Shown piece by piece: positions 27,190-36,144 of a stretch of 38,844 nucleotides of DNA (the stretch's first letter is position 1; each line of letters starts with the position of its first letter). Both the position numbers and the translations under genes were made by a program. Origin of the DNA: a virus. The notes below the pieces were generated by a model. It was given only the letters and a program-made list of their open reading frames with translations. It had not been told where the DNA came from and did not search any database. The stretch lies in the UHGV virus genome UHGV-0391210; one strand, given 5' to 3'.

Positions 27190-27812
27190 GCCGTCACCTC
27201 AATTTTCTCTCCTGTCAGCTCTTCCAACTTCTGTCGCATTTCTTCCACTGTCATTTTCTTTGGTTCTTTGCGCTCCCAGATGAGTTCAAGGTTGCTTTTA
27301 ATAAACACATCTTCTATGCGTCTGAGTGATTCCGGAGTAATCCTATAGACTTTAACGATGTCTCCTCCTGTATAACCTTCCCATTTCAAGTCATCATCAT
27401 AACCGCCTATATTATTGCATCCGCCTTTTCTCACTGCCATCCCAGCCAATACAAGATACATGTTACCATCTCTTTGCTCAACTACCATCCCATCTTCCAA
27501 ATCTGCCTTGGTAAATTCTTTGTCCATGTAATCGCTCCATTCTAAAATTTCATATCTATACTTCTTAAAGTGATCATAACTCTGATATACACCTTGTCCG
27601 TCGTAGCACGTTTTATCCTTGTATTTCTCATAGTGTGTGCAACTCAAATAACTATTCCCACTCCCCCATACCATACCGTGTTTATACATCTGTCGGCAAA
27701 AATCTTTCGCTTCTTCCTCGGTCTTACAGTGCACCGCAAATTTTACTTCTTTAAATTCATCCCAGTTAAATTTTCTCATATTTTCTACCTCACTATCTTT
27801 CTTACCACCCAA
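27186..27812 (-). CDS. Hypothetical protein
   Basis: 208-aa ORF rich in aromatic residues. No domain recognised. Confidence 0.5.
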   Translation of the reverse strand: MGGKKDSEVENMRKFNWDEFKEVKFAVHCKTEEEAKDFCRQMYKHGMVWGSGNSYLSCTHYEKYKDKTCYDGQGVYQSYDHFKKYRYEILEWSDYMDKEFTKADLEDGMVVEQRDGNMYLVLAGMAVRKGGCNNIGGYDDDLKWEGYTGGDIVKVYRITPESLRRIEDVFIKSNLELIWERKEPKKMTVEEMRQKLEELTGEKIEVTA

Positions 27813-28033
27813 TCCACAAATACAACAAATAGTACAAACGGAAAGAGCAAAGCCATTAAATAATCCTCAAATTTCAGTTCTGCATCCTCATATACCCCAC
27901 TTATTAGCGCTACCATAGTTCCAAGCCCCAATATGTAGTACAGGGCTAGGGATGCGATTGTGATTAAAATGTCCATGTTATTCCTCCTTGTATGGTTCTG
28001 GTAACGACTGATACGCCAAAATTCTTCCGTCAT
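27785..28033 (-). CDS. Small membrane protein
   Basis: 82 aa with two hydrophobic segments. Confidence 0.4.
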   Translation of the reverse strand: MTEEFWRISRYQNHTRRNNMDILITIASLALYYILGLGTMVALISGVYEDAELKFEDYLMALLFPFVLFVVFVDWVVRKIVR

Positions 28034-28346
28034 ATATCCCGTAAGTCCAGTACCATAAATCCTCTTTAAATCTCATTCCCTTTACCGGATATTCTTCATC
28101 GTCACACGTTACAAGATATACATCTTCTTTCTTAGGCATATTTTGTACTGAGTAAGGAATCCAGTCATTGTCTTTCTTGCTGTCTTCATATCCTTTCTGA
28201 TACCATTTTCTTCGGCTGCATTCTCCGCACTTCTGGACTTCGTCCATGTGGGAACGAATGATTTCTTTTATCCATCTAATACTCACATAATCATCACACA
28301 TTCCGAATGATTCAAACTCTATCGCATGATCTTCAATCTCTTCCAA
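27978..28346 (-). CDS. Hypothetical protein
   Basis: 122-aa ORF ending just before the IS element. Confidence 0.45.
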   Translation of the reverse strand: MEEIEDHAIEFESFGMCDDYVSIRWIKEIIRSHMDEVQKCGECSRRKWYQKGYEDSKKDNDWIPYSVQNMPKKEDVYLVTCDDEEYPVKGMRFKEDLWYWTYGIYDGRILAYQSLPEPYKEE

Positions 28347-28357
28347 GATCTTCTCTA

Positions 28358-29625
28358 GTATAACGAATATTAAATAATTGCTATATTAAATTGATACTGC
28401 TTCCTCTTCACTGATTTCATCCATTTTATACTTCCAGTGATAAACCACGGGTTCACGGTTCACTTCGTCAAAGTACTTGTAAATTCGTTCTTCCAACTCC
28501 TGTTTGGTATTGACACGAATTCCTCGAAGCATCTGTCTGGTCATCTTGCTGAAGAAGCTTTCAATCATGTTTAACCATGAGCCATGTTTTGGTGTAAACA
28601 CAAATTTAAAACGTCCCTTTGGCATAGTATCCAGAAAGCGCCGTGTTTCTTTGGAAGTATGTGCAGAATGATTATCCAGGATGATCCGAATGGTATCCTG
28701 TGATGGATATTTTTTGTCCAGTATCTTTAAAAACTCAATAAAATCAGAACTCTTATGGGTCTCACTTACTAACGGAATTGCTTCTCCAGTGAGTAAATCA
28801 ATGCCAGCCAGTAAAGAGAGCGTTCCCAGACGTTTGTATTCTGCATCACGATATACTTCCCCATGTTCTGATGTCGGGCGTAAATCCGGTACCGTATTGG
28901 AGATTGCCTGAATGCCCGGCTTCTCATCATACGATACCGTAATCGTCAGTTTATAATCGTCTGGAACAATGAGATCACCATTTTCATCAAACTGCATTTC
29001 AATCTGCTTATAAACCAACAGAACCTCATGCATTTTTGATTCAAAATCAGGATCCCGTTTTTCACAGTAATATTTGATTTTAAAGGGTTTCATATCCTGT
29101 TCCTTAAGAAATTTCTGGATATACGGTTTGGTAACGGTTGAAAGCCTTGGATATCCCGCTTCTTCTGCATGTTTCTGAATGTATTTGTGGAGAGAGGTCA
29201 ACGTCCACAATTCCTGTGCATAACCGAGTTCTGTCGGTCTCTGACACGCAATATGAATCATCCATGCTTTTGCATCATCAGTGATTTCCGATGGACGTCC
29301 AGGACGCTGAACATCAAACAGTGCAGCATCTAAACCGCCTTTCTGAAACTTCGAAATACAAAGGCGTACCGTTGCGGTACTAATGGCAAGTTTATCAGCA
29401 ATTTGCTGGAATGTCATTCCATCGGCTTTATATAAAAGGATTCTGGCACGGTCCACAACTTGTGCCTGAATGGTTCTCTTTTTGGATAATGCTTTAAGGT
29501 AATCTCTGTCTTCATCTGACAGAGGAAGATATGTTTTTCTCATAGTGTTCATCCTTTCTTAGATAACACTATTTTACCATACATTATCCTCAAAATATAT
29601 AGTAGAAATTTAATTTATTCTATAC
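28358..29625. mobile_element. IS630-family insertion sequence with imperfect terminal inverted repeats and a TA target duplication
   Basis: Left end GTATAACGAATATTAAATAATTGC and right end (reverse complement) GTATAGAATAAATTAAATTTC. Flanking TA at 28356-28357 and 29626-29627. It encodes a DDE transposase. Confidence 0.75.
28386..29552 (-). CDS. IS630-family DDE transposase
   Basis: 388 aa. An N-terminal HTH, then the 'DNHSAH...SWLNMIESFF' region typical of IS630/Tc1-mariner transposases. Confidence 0.85.
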   Translation of the reverse strand: MNTMRKTYLPLSDEDRDYLKALSKKRTIQAQVVDRARILLYKADGMTFQQIADKLAISTATVRLCISKFQKGGLDAALFDVQRPGRPSEITDDAKAWMIHIACQRPTELGYAQELWTLTSLHKYIQKHAEEAGYPRLSTVTKPYIQKFLKEQDMKPFKIKYYCEKRDPDFESKMHEVLLVYKQIEMQFDENGDLIVPDDYKLTITVSYDEKPGIQAISNTVPDLRPTSEHGEVYRDAEYKRLGTLSLLAGIDLLTGEAIPLVSETHKSSDFIEFLKILDKKYPSQDTIRIILDNHSAHTSKETRRFLDTMPKGRFKFVFTPKHGSWLNMIESFFSKMTRQMLRGIRVNTKQELEERIYKYFDEVNREPVVYHWKYKMDEISEEEAVSI

Positions 29626-29633
29626 TAGTACGT

Positions 29634-29822
29634 TCATTCCACATTCTCCTTATCTGCATACTTCTCTATAACATCCACTGCACAGGTCGCCCCATAAATA
29701 TAGCTTTCCAGCTCTTCTGCTGTTTTGCTCGCTCCGTGTCTTTTTCTTTCTTCCTTCAGTGTTTCGTAGGCGTCATTTTTCATGGATTCGATTTCTTCCA
29801 CGATTTTCTCCGGTATATTCAT
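29634..29822 (-). CDS. Hypothetical small acidic protein
   Basis: Start MNIPEK after RBS GGAGAGG. It overlaps the 3' end of the upstream ORF in another frame. Confidence 0.35.
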   Translation of the reverse strand: MNIPEKIVEEIESMKNDAYETLKEERKRHGASKTAEELESYIYGATCAVDVIEKYADKENVE

Positions 29823-29988
29823 TTTTCCTCTCCACTTCATTGTCGTATTTCAGGCACTTTCCATCCTTGTACGCTATGCATCGCTCTTTAATGCACGGAT
29901 TTAATACTGGTCTGACAAAATCTCCATTTCCTACGAGCATTGCTTTTACCTCTTCTTTTCCGACTAAATCAGGGCAAAATAAAATCAT
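29773..29988 (-). CDS. Hypothetical small Cys-containing protein
   Basis: ATG overlaps the methyltransferase stop (TGATG coupling). 71 aa. Confidence 0.35.
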   Translation of the reverse strand: MILFCPDLVGKEEVKAMLVGNGDFVRPVLNPCIKERCIAYKDGKCLKYDNEVERKNEYTGENRGRNRIHEK

Positions 29989-30692
29989 CACTCCACCCCT
30001 TTCATATAGCATCCCCAGAATGTCTTACTCTTCTTTCCACTTCTGTGTCCAAATAATGGCTTCTGTCCAATTGCATCCCATACTTCGCTTGCCGGTATGT
30101 CATACTCGCTCCACTTAAAAATCAGTACCCCGTCTTCTTTTAGAACCCTCATGCATTCAGTAAATCCATCATGTAACATTTTTCTCCAGTTTTCTCCAAG
30201 TTTCCCATACTTCTTGGCTAGCCATGCAGTCTCTCCAACTTTCTTTAGGTGCGGAGGATCAAATACTACCAGTGAAAAGCTATCATCTCCAAACGGAAGA
30301 TTCGTAAAATCGCACTGTATGTCTGGATCTATAGAACACAACCTTTCAGACGCTTTCCAGATTCCGGAAAAAGATTCCCTTCTCTTGTCACAATATATTA
30401 CGGACGGGTTTTCTTTATCGAACCAAATCGTCTTGGATCCACAGGTTGCATCTAATATTTTCTTTCCCTTGCAATCTTCCTCATATTCCGGACACTCCGC
30501 ACAATACTCATACCGGTCCATTCTTGCGCACTGCTCTTTGCACACTTCGTTTTCTGGGCATTCTATGCAGCAACGATCGGATCCGCATATACTTGTTAAT
30601 TTGCATCTTCCCATCATAGCTATTTCACCCTCCTGTTCCATTTCCCTATAGCAGTAGTTTCTAAAGCATATCTTCGCGTTGCGACTCCGCAT
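29988..30692 (-). CDS. DNA methyltransferase (N6-adenine/N4-cytosine type, DPPH motif) with an N-terminal Cys-rich zinc-binding region
   Basis: Motif I-like 'ILDATCGSKTIWF' and motif IV 'VVFDPPHL'. The N-terminal 60 aa contain about 12 Cys. Confidence 0.7.
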   Translation of the reverse strand: MRSRNAKICFRNYCYREMEQEGEIAMMGRCKLTSICGSDRCCIECPENEVCKEQCARMDRYEYCAECPEYEEDCKGKKILDATCGSKTIWFDKENPSVIYCDKRRESFSGIWKASERLCSIDPDIQCDFTNLPFGDDSFSLVVFDPPHLKKVGETAWLAKKYGKLGENWRKMLHDGFTECMRVLKEDGVLIFKWSEYDIPASEVWDAIGQKPLFGHRSGKKSKTFWGCYMKGVE

Positions 30693-30805
30693 TCTTCGCA
30701 GTACACGAAAGCTGATATAACTTTTTCGTCAAATCCATAATGGATTTTCAGTGTCGCTTCTCCACCACAAAACGGACATTTCTTTAATTCTTCCATGTTA
30801 CTCAC
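30620..30805 (-). CDS. Lar-family restriction-alleviation-like zinc-ribbon protein
   Basis: 61 aa. 'LKKCPFCGGEA...CEECG' matches the Lar-family signature. Confidence 0.55.
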   Translation of the reverse strand: MSNMEELKKCPFCGGEATLKIHYGFDEKVISAFVYCEECGVATRRYALETTAIGKWNRRVK

Positions 30806-31109
30806 TCCAATCTAATCTCTGTCCACAATGATTGCAGCAATCAGAATCCCAATGACAAAACATTTCTATATCTGCCATATTTCCAAACAGTCTTTTGCAT
30901 CTAGGACACGACGCTTGTCCATTCCAGTTTTCTACTTTCTTCGGCAACTGCTTTTCTAGTGCTTCGATTGCTATTAGAAATGCATCAACATAATTGTTAT
31001 AATCACTTTTTTCTCTCGTTTTTGGTGGAAGTGAGCATAATGTTGCGTTATACATGTCTCGCATTTTACACATTCTTTCTATCGCTTCTCTAATTTTCTT
31101 CTCATCCAT
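30798..31109 (-). CDS. Zinc-finger protein, unknown function
   Basis: 103 aa. CPRC...CHWDSDCCNHC cluster. Confidence 0.45.
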   Translation of the reverse strand: MDEKKIREAIERMCKMRDMYNATLCSLPPKTREKSDYNNYVDAFLIAIEALEKQLPKKVENWNGQASCPRCKRLFGNMADIEMFCHWDSDCCNHCGQRLDWSE

Positions 31110-31284
31110 CTAATTTTCCTCCCGTTATTTCCAACCATAAACCACTCTCTCCATCTTTTTCGTAGAGAAAATCTGTCTCTATACAGCAGGATGCCAACTC
31201 ATTCATTGTCCTCACGCAATCCTCTGCATCAGCGCATTTGATCGTGTCGCCTTTTCGCAAGCGTGTTTCTTTCACTTTTGGCAT
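31102..31284 (-). CDS. Hypothetical small protein
   Basis: 60-aa ORF coupled to its neighbours. Confidence 0.35.
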   Translation of the reverse strand: MPKVKETRLRKGDTIKCADAEDCVRTMNELASCCIETDFLYEKDGESGLWLEITGGKLDG

Positions 31285-31287
31285 TAG

Positions 31288-32172
31288 TCATTCCTCCGTA
31301 ATAAAGTCTTCTATGCTCATTTGCCCTGGTATGTTTTTGTCTTCCATCCACCAGTTAAAAACTTCTTCTCCTGTTTTCCACGTATTCTCTTTTCCTCTCC
31401 TTGTTCTTTCTTGTAACATTCTTTCAAACGCATGTATGTATAATTTCTTGTATTCCGGGAAGTCTGCAAATTCTTTGTATCGTTTCTTTCCTGCCATCAC
31501 GCAACCAATGCACCCCACACGATCATATCCGCACTGGTACAGCTCGCACGTCTCTATTTTCTCGGAATTTATATATCCCCAGATATCACTATGCGTCCAA
31601 TCTATGATAGGATTTACAATCATTTTTTTCTGCTGCATACATAGCTCACTCATCCGTCTTCGTGCATCGTTATCCTCCATCAGCATTATCTTCGTAAATT
31701 TTTCTTTCTCTTTTTTGGTTTGTCCGAGCTTTTCAAACTCTTCCCTTTTCAATCTGGAAGTACTTTCGTCCCATCTTACTCCGGTTGCGATATACCGGTT
31801 TGCACATCCAGTTTCTTTCAGCGTAGAGCAACAGTATCTTACCAATCTTGTCGGCGGCATAAGCTTTTCGGGAATTAACCTCCACATGCTAATCAATTTT
31901 CCTTTATAACGTGGTTTTTCTATCTCGCACTTAATTCCATGCAGTTCCAGTTCTCGGAATGCCTCCCGAATATGCCGAACTGTCTGCGGCGCATCTGCCG
32001 TTGTATGGCTGTTATGTACTTCAAAAGGGATCCCGGATCGCTTAAAAATCTCTAACATCACATCACTATCCTTTCCTCCGCTGTATGTGCAAATAAGCGG
32101 TCTACCATAGTGGTGTAGACTCATTTCACTTGCCATTTTAATTCTTTCGATTGCTTTTTTCTCTTTATCCAT
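31288..32172 (-). CDS. Phosphoadenosine phosphosulfate (PAPS) reductase-family protein (PP-loop ATP pyrophosphatase fold)
   Basis: 294 aa. The N-terminal 'CTYSGGKDSDVMLEI' PP-loop (SGGKDS) matches the PAPS-reductase/DndC-like family. Confidence 0.7.
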   Translation of the reverse strand: MDKEKKAIERIKMASEMSLHHYGRPLICTYSGGKDSDVMLEIFKRSGIPFEVHNSHTTADAPQTVRHIREAFRELELHGIKCEIEKPRYKGKLISMWRLIPEKLMPPTRLVRYCCSTLKETGCANRYIATGVRWDESTSRLKREEFEKLGQTKKEKEKFTKIMLMEDNDARRRMSELCMQQKKMIVNPIIDWTHSDIWGYINSEKIETCELYQCGYDRVGCIGCVMAGKKRYKEFADFPEYKKLYIHAFERMLQERTRRGKENTWKTGEEVFNWWMEDKNIPGQMSIEDFITEE

Positions 32173-32246
32173 TTTCTCAGAAGCCCGGTATACCCTTGCC
32201 CCGGCCGGAGGCTGGCTCCTTTCTATTTTCGCTTATTTTTTATAAC

Positions 32247-32735
32247 CTACTGTAAATACCTCCGCATTAATATCCGGTTTGGATTCGACATCGCCCTGTT
32301 GAGTCGGCAACTGGTCCGTACCCAGCCTTCGTGAAACTCCATGTAATTTGCGATTGTTCCAAAGATATCCTTAACCGAAGTTTCTTGTTTCTTTGACTCA
32401 GGCAGCATATCGTTATCCTTCAGGAAGTTTTTAAACGTTTCAATACTTGCATCGATTCCGCTCTCTTCGCTTATTGCTGCATAGATGTTCTGGATCGTAA
32501 GTCCGTATTCGATCATGCACTTAATTTCTCCCTTGTACGGTTCGTATTGTTTTCTTTTATTTTCCATTTTTCTTAACCACATCCTCTTGTTTGCTATTAC
32601 CCTCTTTTTCACTTCTTTTCCAGTAATATCCTCAAGTACTCTGCAGATATGCTCATCCGTGCATCCGAGCTTTACCATCTCTTCGATCTGGAACTTGTAG
32701 GGATCCAGAAAGTGTACTGGTCTACTCATTTTCAA
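32247..32735 (-). CDS. Hypothetical protein
   Basis: 162-aa ORF. Confidence 0.45.
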   Translation of the reverse strand: MKMSRPVHFLDPYKFQIEEMVKLGCTDEHICRVLEDITGKEVKKRVIANKRMWLRKMENKRKQYEPYKGEIKCMIEYGLTIQNIYAAISEESGIDASIETFKNFLKDNDMLPESKKQETSVKDIFGTIANYMEFHEGWVRTSCRLNRAMSNPNRILMRRYLQ

Positions 32736-32913
32736 CCTCTCTTTCCAGCCACTCTTTTTGGCTCTTGTACAAATTCAGGTATTTATCACGGTTTTCTTCG
32801 TACAGATCGTTTTCTAAATCCTCATCTATTCTTGTAAGTATCATCTTCACTGCGGAGATTTCTGGTGTATCAATTTCTCCTGTTATGTTGTTTAAATGAT
32901 CATTGTTCGTCAT
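32722..32913 (-). CDS. Hypothetical small acidic protein
   Basis: 63-aa ORF. Confidence 0.35.
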   Translation of the reverse strand: MTNNDHLNNITGEIDTPEISAVKMILTRIDEDLENDLYEENRDKYLNLYKSQKEWLEREVENE

Positions 32914-33040
32914 TTCCCTCTCACCCTATTCTTTCTCTTCCGCTTTGTGCTGCCGCGCGTAAACGCATCCATATTTCCGTGTCTCAATCCGGTAGACTGT
33001 TTCCTATAGACTCTAAAACCGTATCTTTTTCTGTTCATGT

Positions 33041-33619
33041 TTACTCCCTTTCTAAGCTCCACCATGCTTTCGAGTTCTTCCCATATCCGGTTGTCTGTAT
33101 CTTTATTTTTAATTCGTTTCTCGCTTTCATGACATCTGACCGTTTGATTCCCGCGGCATCCGACTCCATGAGCAGCTTCGCTCCGTCATATCGCCCACCT
33201 GCCATTTTATCTTTTAACCATTCCACCGCCTTGTCATAATCGGTCTTAGATACCTCGTTGACCTTGTCCTTAATCTTTTCCAGTTGGACAGTGTTGGTGT
33301 TCAGCTTGTTCCAGATTTTCTCGAAATTCTCCTGCATGATTCTGCGATTATCTAAAATCTCATCCCGGATGACTGTAAGCGCCTGTGCTGCGGTCATTCC
33401 TTTCTTCTCCGGTTCTTTTACCAGACTTCCCGGCTCAAGCCCGAGTAGCAAACACATGATCCGTTCCACCGCTTCTGGTTGATCTGGATTATTGGCTATG
33501 TAATTCACAAAACTTTCGCTTCTCCCCATTTCTAGGGAGAATCCCTTTTTCGTCTTGCCCTGCTTCTCCAATTGCTTGCAGAGCAGAGCGTAATTTATCG
33601 TTACTTTCTTCGGTTCCAT
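33041..33619 (-). CDS. Hypothetical protein with a possible N-terminal HTH
   Basis: 192 aa. 'FSLEMGRSESFVNYIAN' is HTH-like. Confidence 0.45.
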   Translation of the reverse strand: MEPKKVTINYALLCKQLEKQGKTKKGFSLEMGRSESFVNYIANNPDQPEAVERIMCLLLGLEPGSLVKEPEKKGMTAAQALTVIRDEILDNRRIMQENFEKIWNKLNTNTVQLEKIKDKVNEVSKTDYDKAVEWLKDKMAGGRYDGAKLLMESDAAGIKRSDVMKARNELKIKIQTTGYGKNSKAWWSLERE

Positions 33620-33627
33620 AATTCCTC

Positions 33628-34359
33628 CTAACTAAAGCTTGCTTCCGGCTCTTCCTGTGGACATATTTCTCCATCTGCTTCCATTTCGTTTATGATGATT
33701 TTCGTTCCCGCTCTTTGCAATCTCATTAACAACATGTCAAATTCCCCGAGATATCGAAGAGACTGGATATTCACACATCCTAAATTATCAAGTGTATGCT
33801 CTTTTTCAAAATCCCATTTTGATATCGGAATCTCGATGTTTAATTCTTCATCATGATCGTTTTCGAAAACAATCACCGCCCTATGCACAGAACTCCAAAC
33901 AGGTCTTTCACTCTCTTCTATTCGCATCTCGCATCCGACCGATTCGTAGTATGGTCCATCGTCAAACTCCACTTCCAGGCCAGTTGTACTGATCTTCTTC
34001 TCGCACATTTTAATCCATGCTTCAAACAGATCCGTGACTTTAATCTCTTTTTCTTCCTGCTTGATTGATAAATCCTTAAAATTCTCCAGAATCTTTTTAT
34101 TCTCAATGCAAGCATCAGAATTTACAATTTCAGTAAGCACCGTATCCAACTTTGGAAGGTATTCCGAAAAATCATACTTCTCTATGTACGGCACCATAAC
34201 TTCGTCTATTTTTTTCTTCAGTGCACTTTCTACTTTTCCCCATCTAAACGCTGATTCTATTGCCGATTCTATCGATTCCTTAAATTTCTTTTTGAGTATT
34301 TCCTTTACTTCTTCCTCAGAGAGACACTCCTGTGCCATTTTTAATAATTCTTCTTTCAT
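33628..34359 (-). CDS. Hypothetical acidic protein
   Basis: 243-aa ORF. Confidence 0.45.
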   Translation of the reverse strand: MKEELLKMAQECLSEEEVKEILKKKFKESIESAIESAFRWGKVESALKKKIDEVMVPYIEKYDFSEYLPKLDTVLTEIVNSDACIENKKILENFKDLSIKQEEKEIKVTDLFEAWIKMCEKKISTTGLEVEFDDGPYYESVGCEMRIEESERPVWSSVHRAVIVFENDHDEELNIEIPISKWDFEKEHTLDNLGCVNIQSLRYLGEFDMLLMRLQRAGTKIIINEMEADGEICPQEEPEASFS

Positions 34360-34370
34360 TTTGCTCCTCC

Positions 34371-35243
34371 TTAATTCGAATTCAACAGCTGCTCTTCCAG
34401 AGAGTCCATGTCGTATTCTCTGCGATCAAAGTTGTTTAGGTTTCTGCTTACTGGCGGTTTTGATTGCTTTGCATCTTTGTTTTTATAATTCCCATCCAGA
34501 ATCTTTGCCATATTTGCATCATTCATCATCCAATCAAAGGTTGCCGACCAATTCCGGTTATTTTCTCCTTTTAGAAAATCGCTTTCCTCTGCAAGCTCAA
34601 ATACCTTCTTAATGTCATCAATGGAGTATTTTCTTAATCTTGCTTTAATTGCACGTTTTCTTTTTTCAGATAATCGTGTTAAGCGGGGGAATGACACGCA
34701 AGTGGCATTATACATATCAGCTATTTGCTGATAATCTACTCTATTACCTCTTATATCTCTTTCTTTATCTTTATCTTCTTCTTTATCTATATCTGTAGCG
34801 TGACTTCCCAAATTTGTCACACTTACGTCACGTGACATTTCTGTGACACACTCAATTTTCTGTTTTTCCCTCTGTTTTTGCTTCCTAATCCGGTTCTGTT
34901 CCCTGATTTTCTCGAGGGCTTCCGCGTTCTGGTGCTCTTCCCAACCCGGAATAGTAAAAAATCCATTGTCCATCACGATCATTTCCAACTGTTCCAGTGA
35001 TTGTAAGGCTAATTTCACGGTATTTTCCTCAAAATCCAGCTCATCAGCCAACATTTTAGGCGTGTATGGGATGTTCTGCGTTAAAAATACCATTCCGTTA
35101 CTATTACACCGACCAGCCATCGTGAGTAGCATTACCCAGATCAGGACGATATTGTTCCCGTCCGGTAATTTCCGCAGATGCTTGATTTTGCGATTATCAA
35201 ACATATCTGTTGTGATCTTGATCCACTTTACTTCTGCCATCAC
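34371..35243 (-). CDS. Phage replisome organiser / replication initiation protein (N-terminal replisome-organiser domain, DnaD-like C-terminus)
   Basis: 290 aa. The 'MFDNRKIKHLRKLPDGNNIVLIWVMLL' N-terminus is typical of the Firmicute phage replisome-organiser family. The C-terminal 'NWSATFDWMM...AKILDGNYKNK' is DnaD-like. Confidence 0.65.
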   Translation of the reverse strand: MMAEVKWIKITTDMFDNRKIKHLRKLPDGNNIVLIWVMLLTMAGRCNSNGMVFLTQNIPYTPKMLADELDFEENTVKLALQSLEQLEMIVMDNGFFTIPGWEEHQNAEALEKIREQNRIRKQKQREKQKIECVTEMSRDVSVTNLGSHATDIDKEEDKDKERDIRGNRVDYQQIADMYNATCVSFPRLTRLSEKRKRAIKARLRKYSIDDIKKVFELAEESDFLKGENNRNWSATFDWMMNDANMAKILDGNYKNKDAKQSKPPVSRNLNNFDRREYDMDSLEEQLLNSN

Positions 35244-35650
35244 TCATCCTCCGCAATATAGACCACCACGCAAGGCTCATCAGAATACACTTTTTCGATT
35301 TCCAGACTGGTCACCTGCTTATCATCCGTATATGCGACTCCATTCAGGCCATCCAGAATGATTTTTGCAATGTTGTCTAAGTCTGGCTTTTTATTCGGCT
35401 TTATTTCGCCTTTTAAAGCCCTATCCTTATTCTTCTTAGACCAGCTCTCTGAAATCGGAAATTTCGCTAAAATTCGAACTCTCAGAGGTATCTCTGTATA
35501 AAGAACGCCTGCGCTTTGTTTATAAATCCTCGCAACTTCCTTTTCATATTTCTTGGTTGCGGGCGGCGTGTATGTAATGACCTTAAATCCGGCTCTGCGG
35601 AATTTTGGCCTTGCTTTTCCAACGGGCTTTCCCGGAATTGTAATTATCAT
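35240..35650 (-). CDS. rusA: RusA-family Holliday junction resolvase
   Basis: 136 aa. 'IPGKPVGKARPKF' N-terminus and overall RusA-like architecture. Confidence 0.75.
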   Translation of the reverse strand: MIITIPGKPVGKARPKFRRAGFKVITYTPPATKKYEKEVARIYKQSAGVLYTEIPLRVRILAKFPISESWSKKNKDRALKGEIKPNKKPDLDNIAKIILDGLNGVAYTDDKQVTSLEIEKVYSDEPCVVVYIAEDE

Positions 35651-35763
35651 TCGTTCTCCTTTCTGCTCCCGGAGTTACCGGGAGACAATGAATCTGGCTT
35701 ACTTAAGGTATTTGTGACGTACTACACAGCAGCCATGAACGGGTTACAATTTATAGCAAAGGT

Positions 35764-36144
35764 TTAACCCTTACTAACATAGTGAAATTCTTGCCGGAAC
35801 TGTTCTTCTGTTCCGTAGTGCTGCAAATAATACTCCTTGCAGCGTTTTCTTAAGTATCGGTCAACTTTCGATGCATTCTCCCCTGCCCTTGTTCCGTTTG
35901 GATGCAGATCCGGTCTCAGTGGAGCTATGAATCCGTAATCTTCCGAAAGTTCAATTTCTCTCGATGTGTGGCTAAAAATATGATGACGCTCCACTCCGTA
36001 AACTCCTGTGTACATGCAGTGATCCATATCTTCTGTAAATATGCTCCACAGCTTCTTTGGTCTGCCGGATGCTCTTTGATGACCTTTTTTCTTTTTCTTT
36101 CGCTTCGGCTTTGGGAATGCCATGTCACTGTAATCAATACTCAC
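35764..36144 (-). CDS. HNH-like / DUF968-like nuclease-associated protein
   Basis: 126 aa. Basic N-terminus 'PKPKRKKKKKG'. 'CMYTG...ERHHIF' His-rich motif. Confidence 0.45.
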   Translation of the reverse strand: MSIDYSDMAFPKPKRKKKKKGHQRASGRPKKLWSIFTEDMDHCMYTGVYGVERHHIFSHTSREIELSEDYGFIAPLRPDLHPNGTRAGENASKVDRYLRKRCKEYYLQHYGTEEQFRQEFHYVSKG

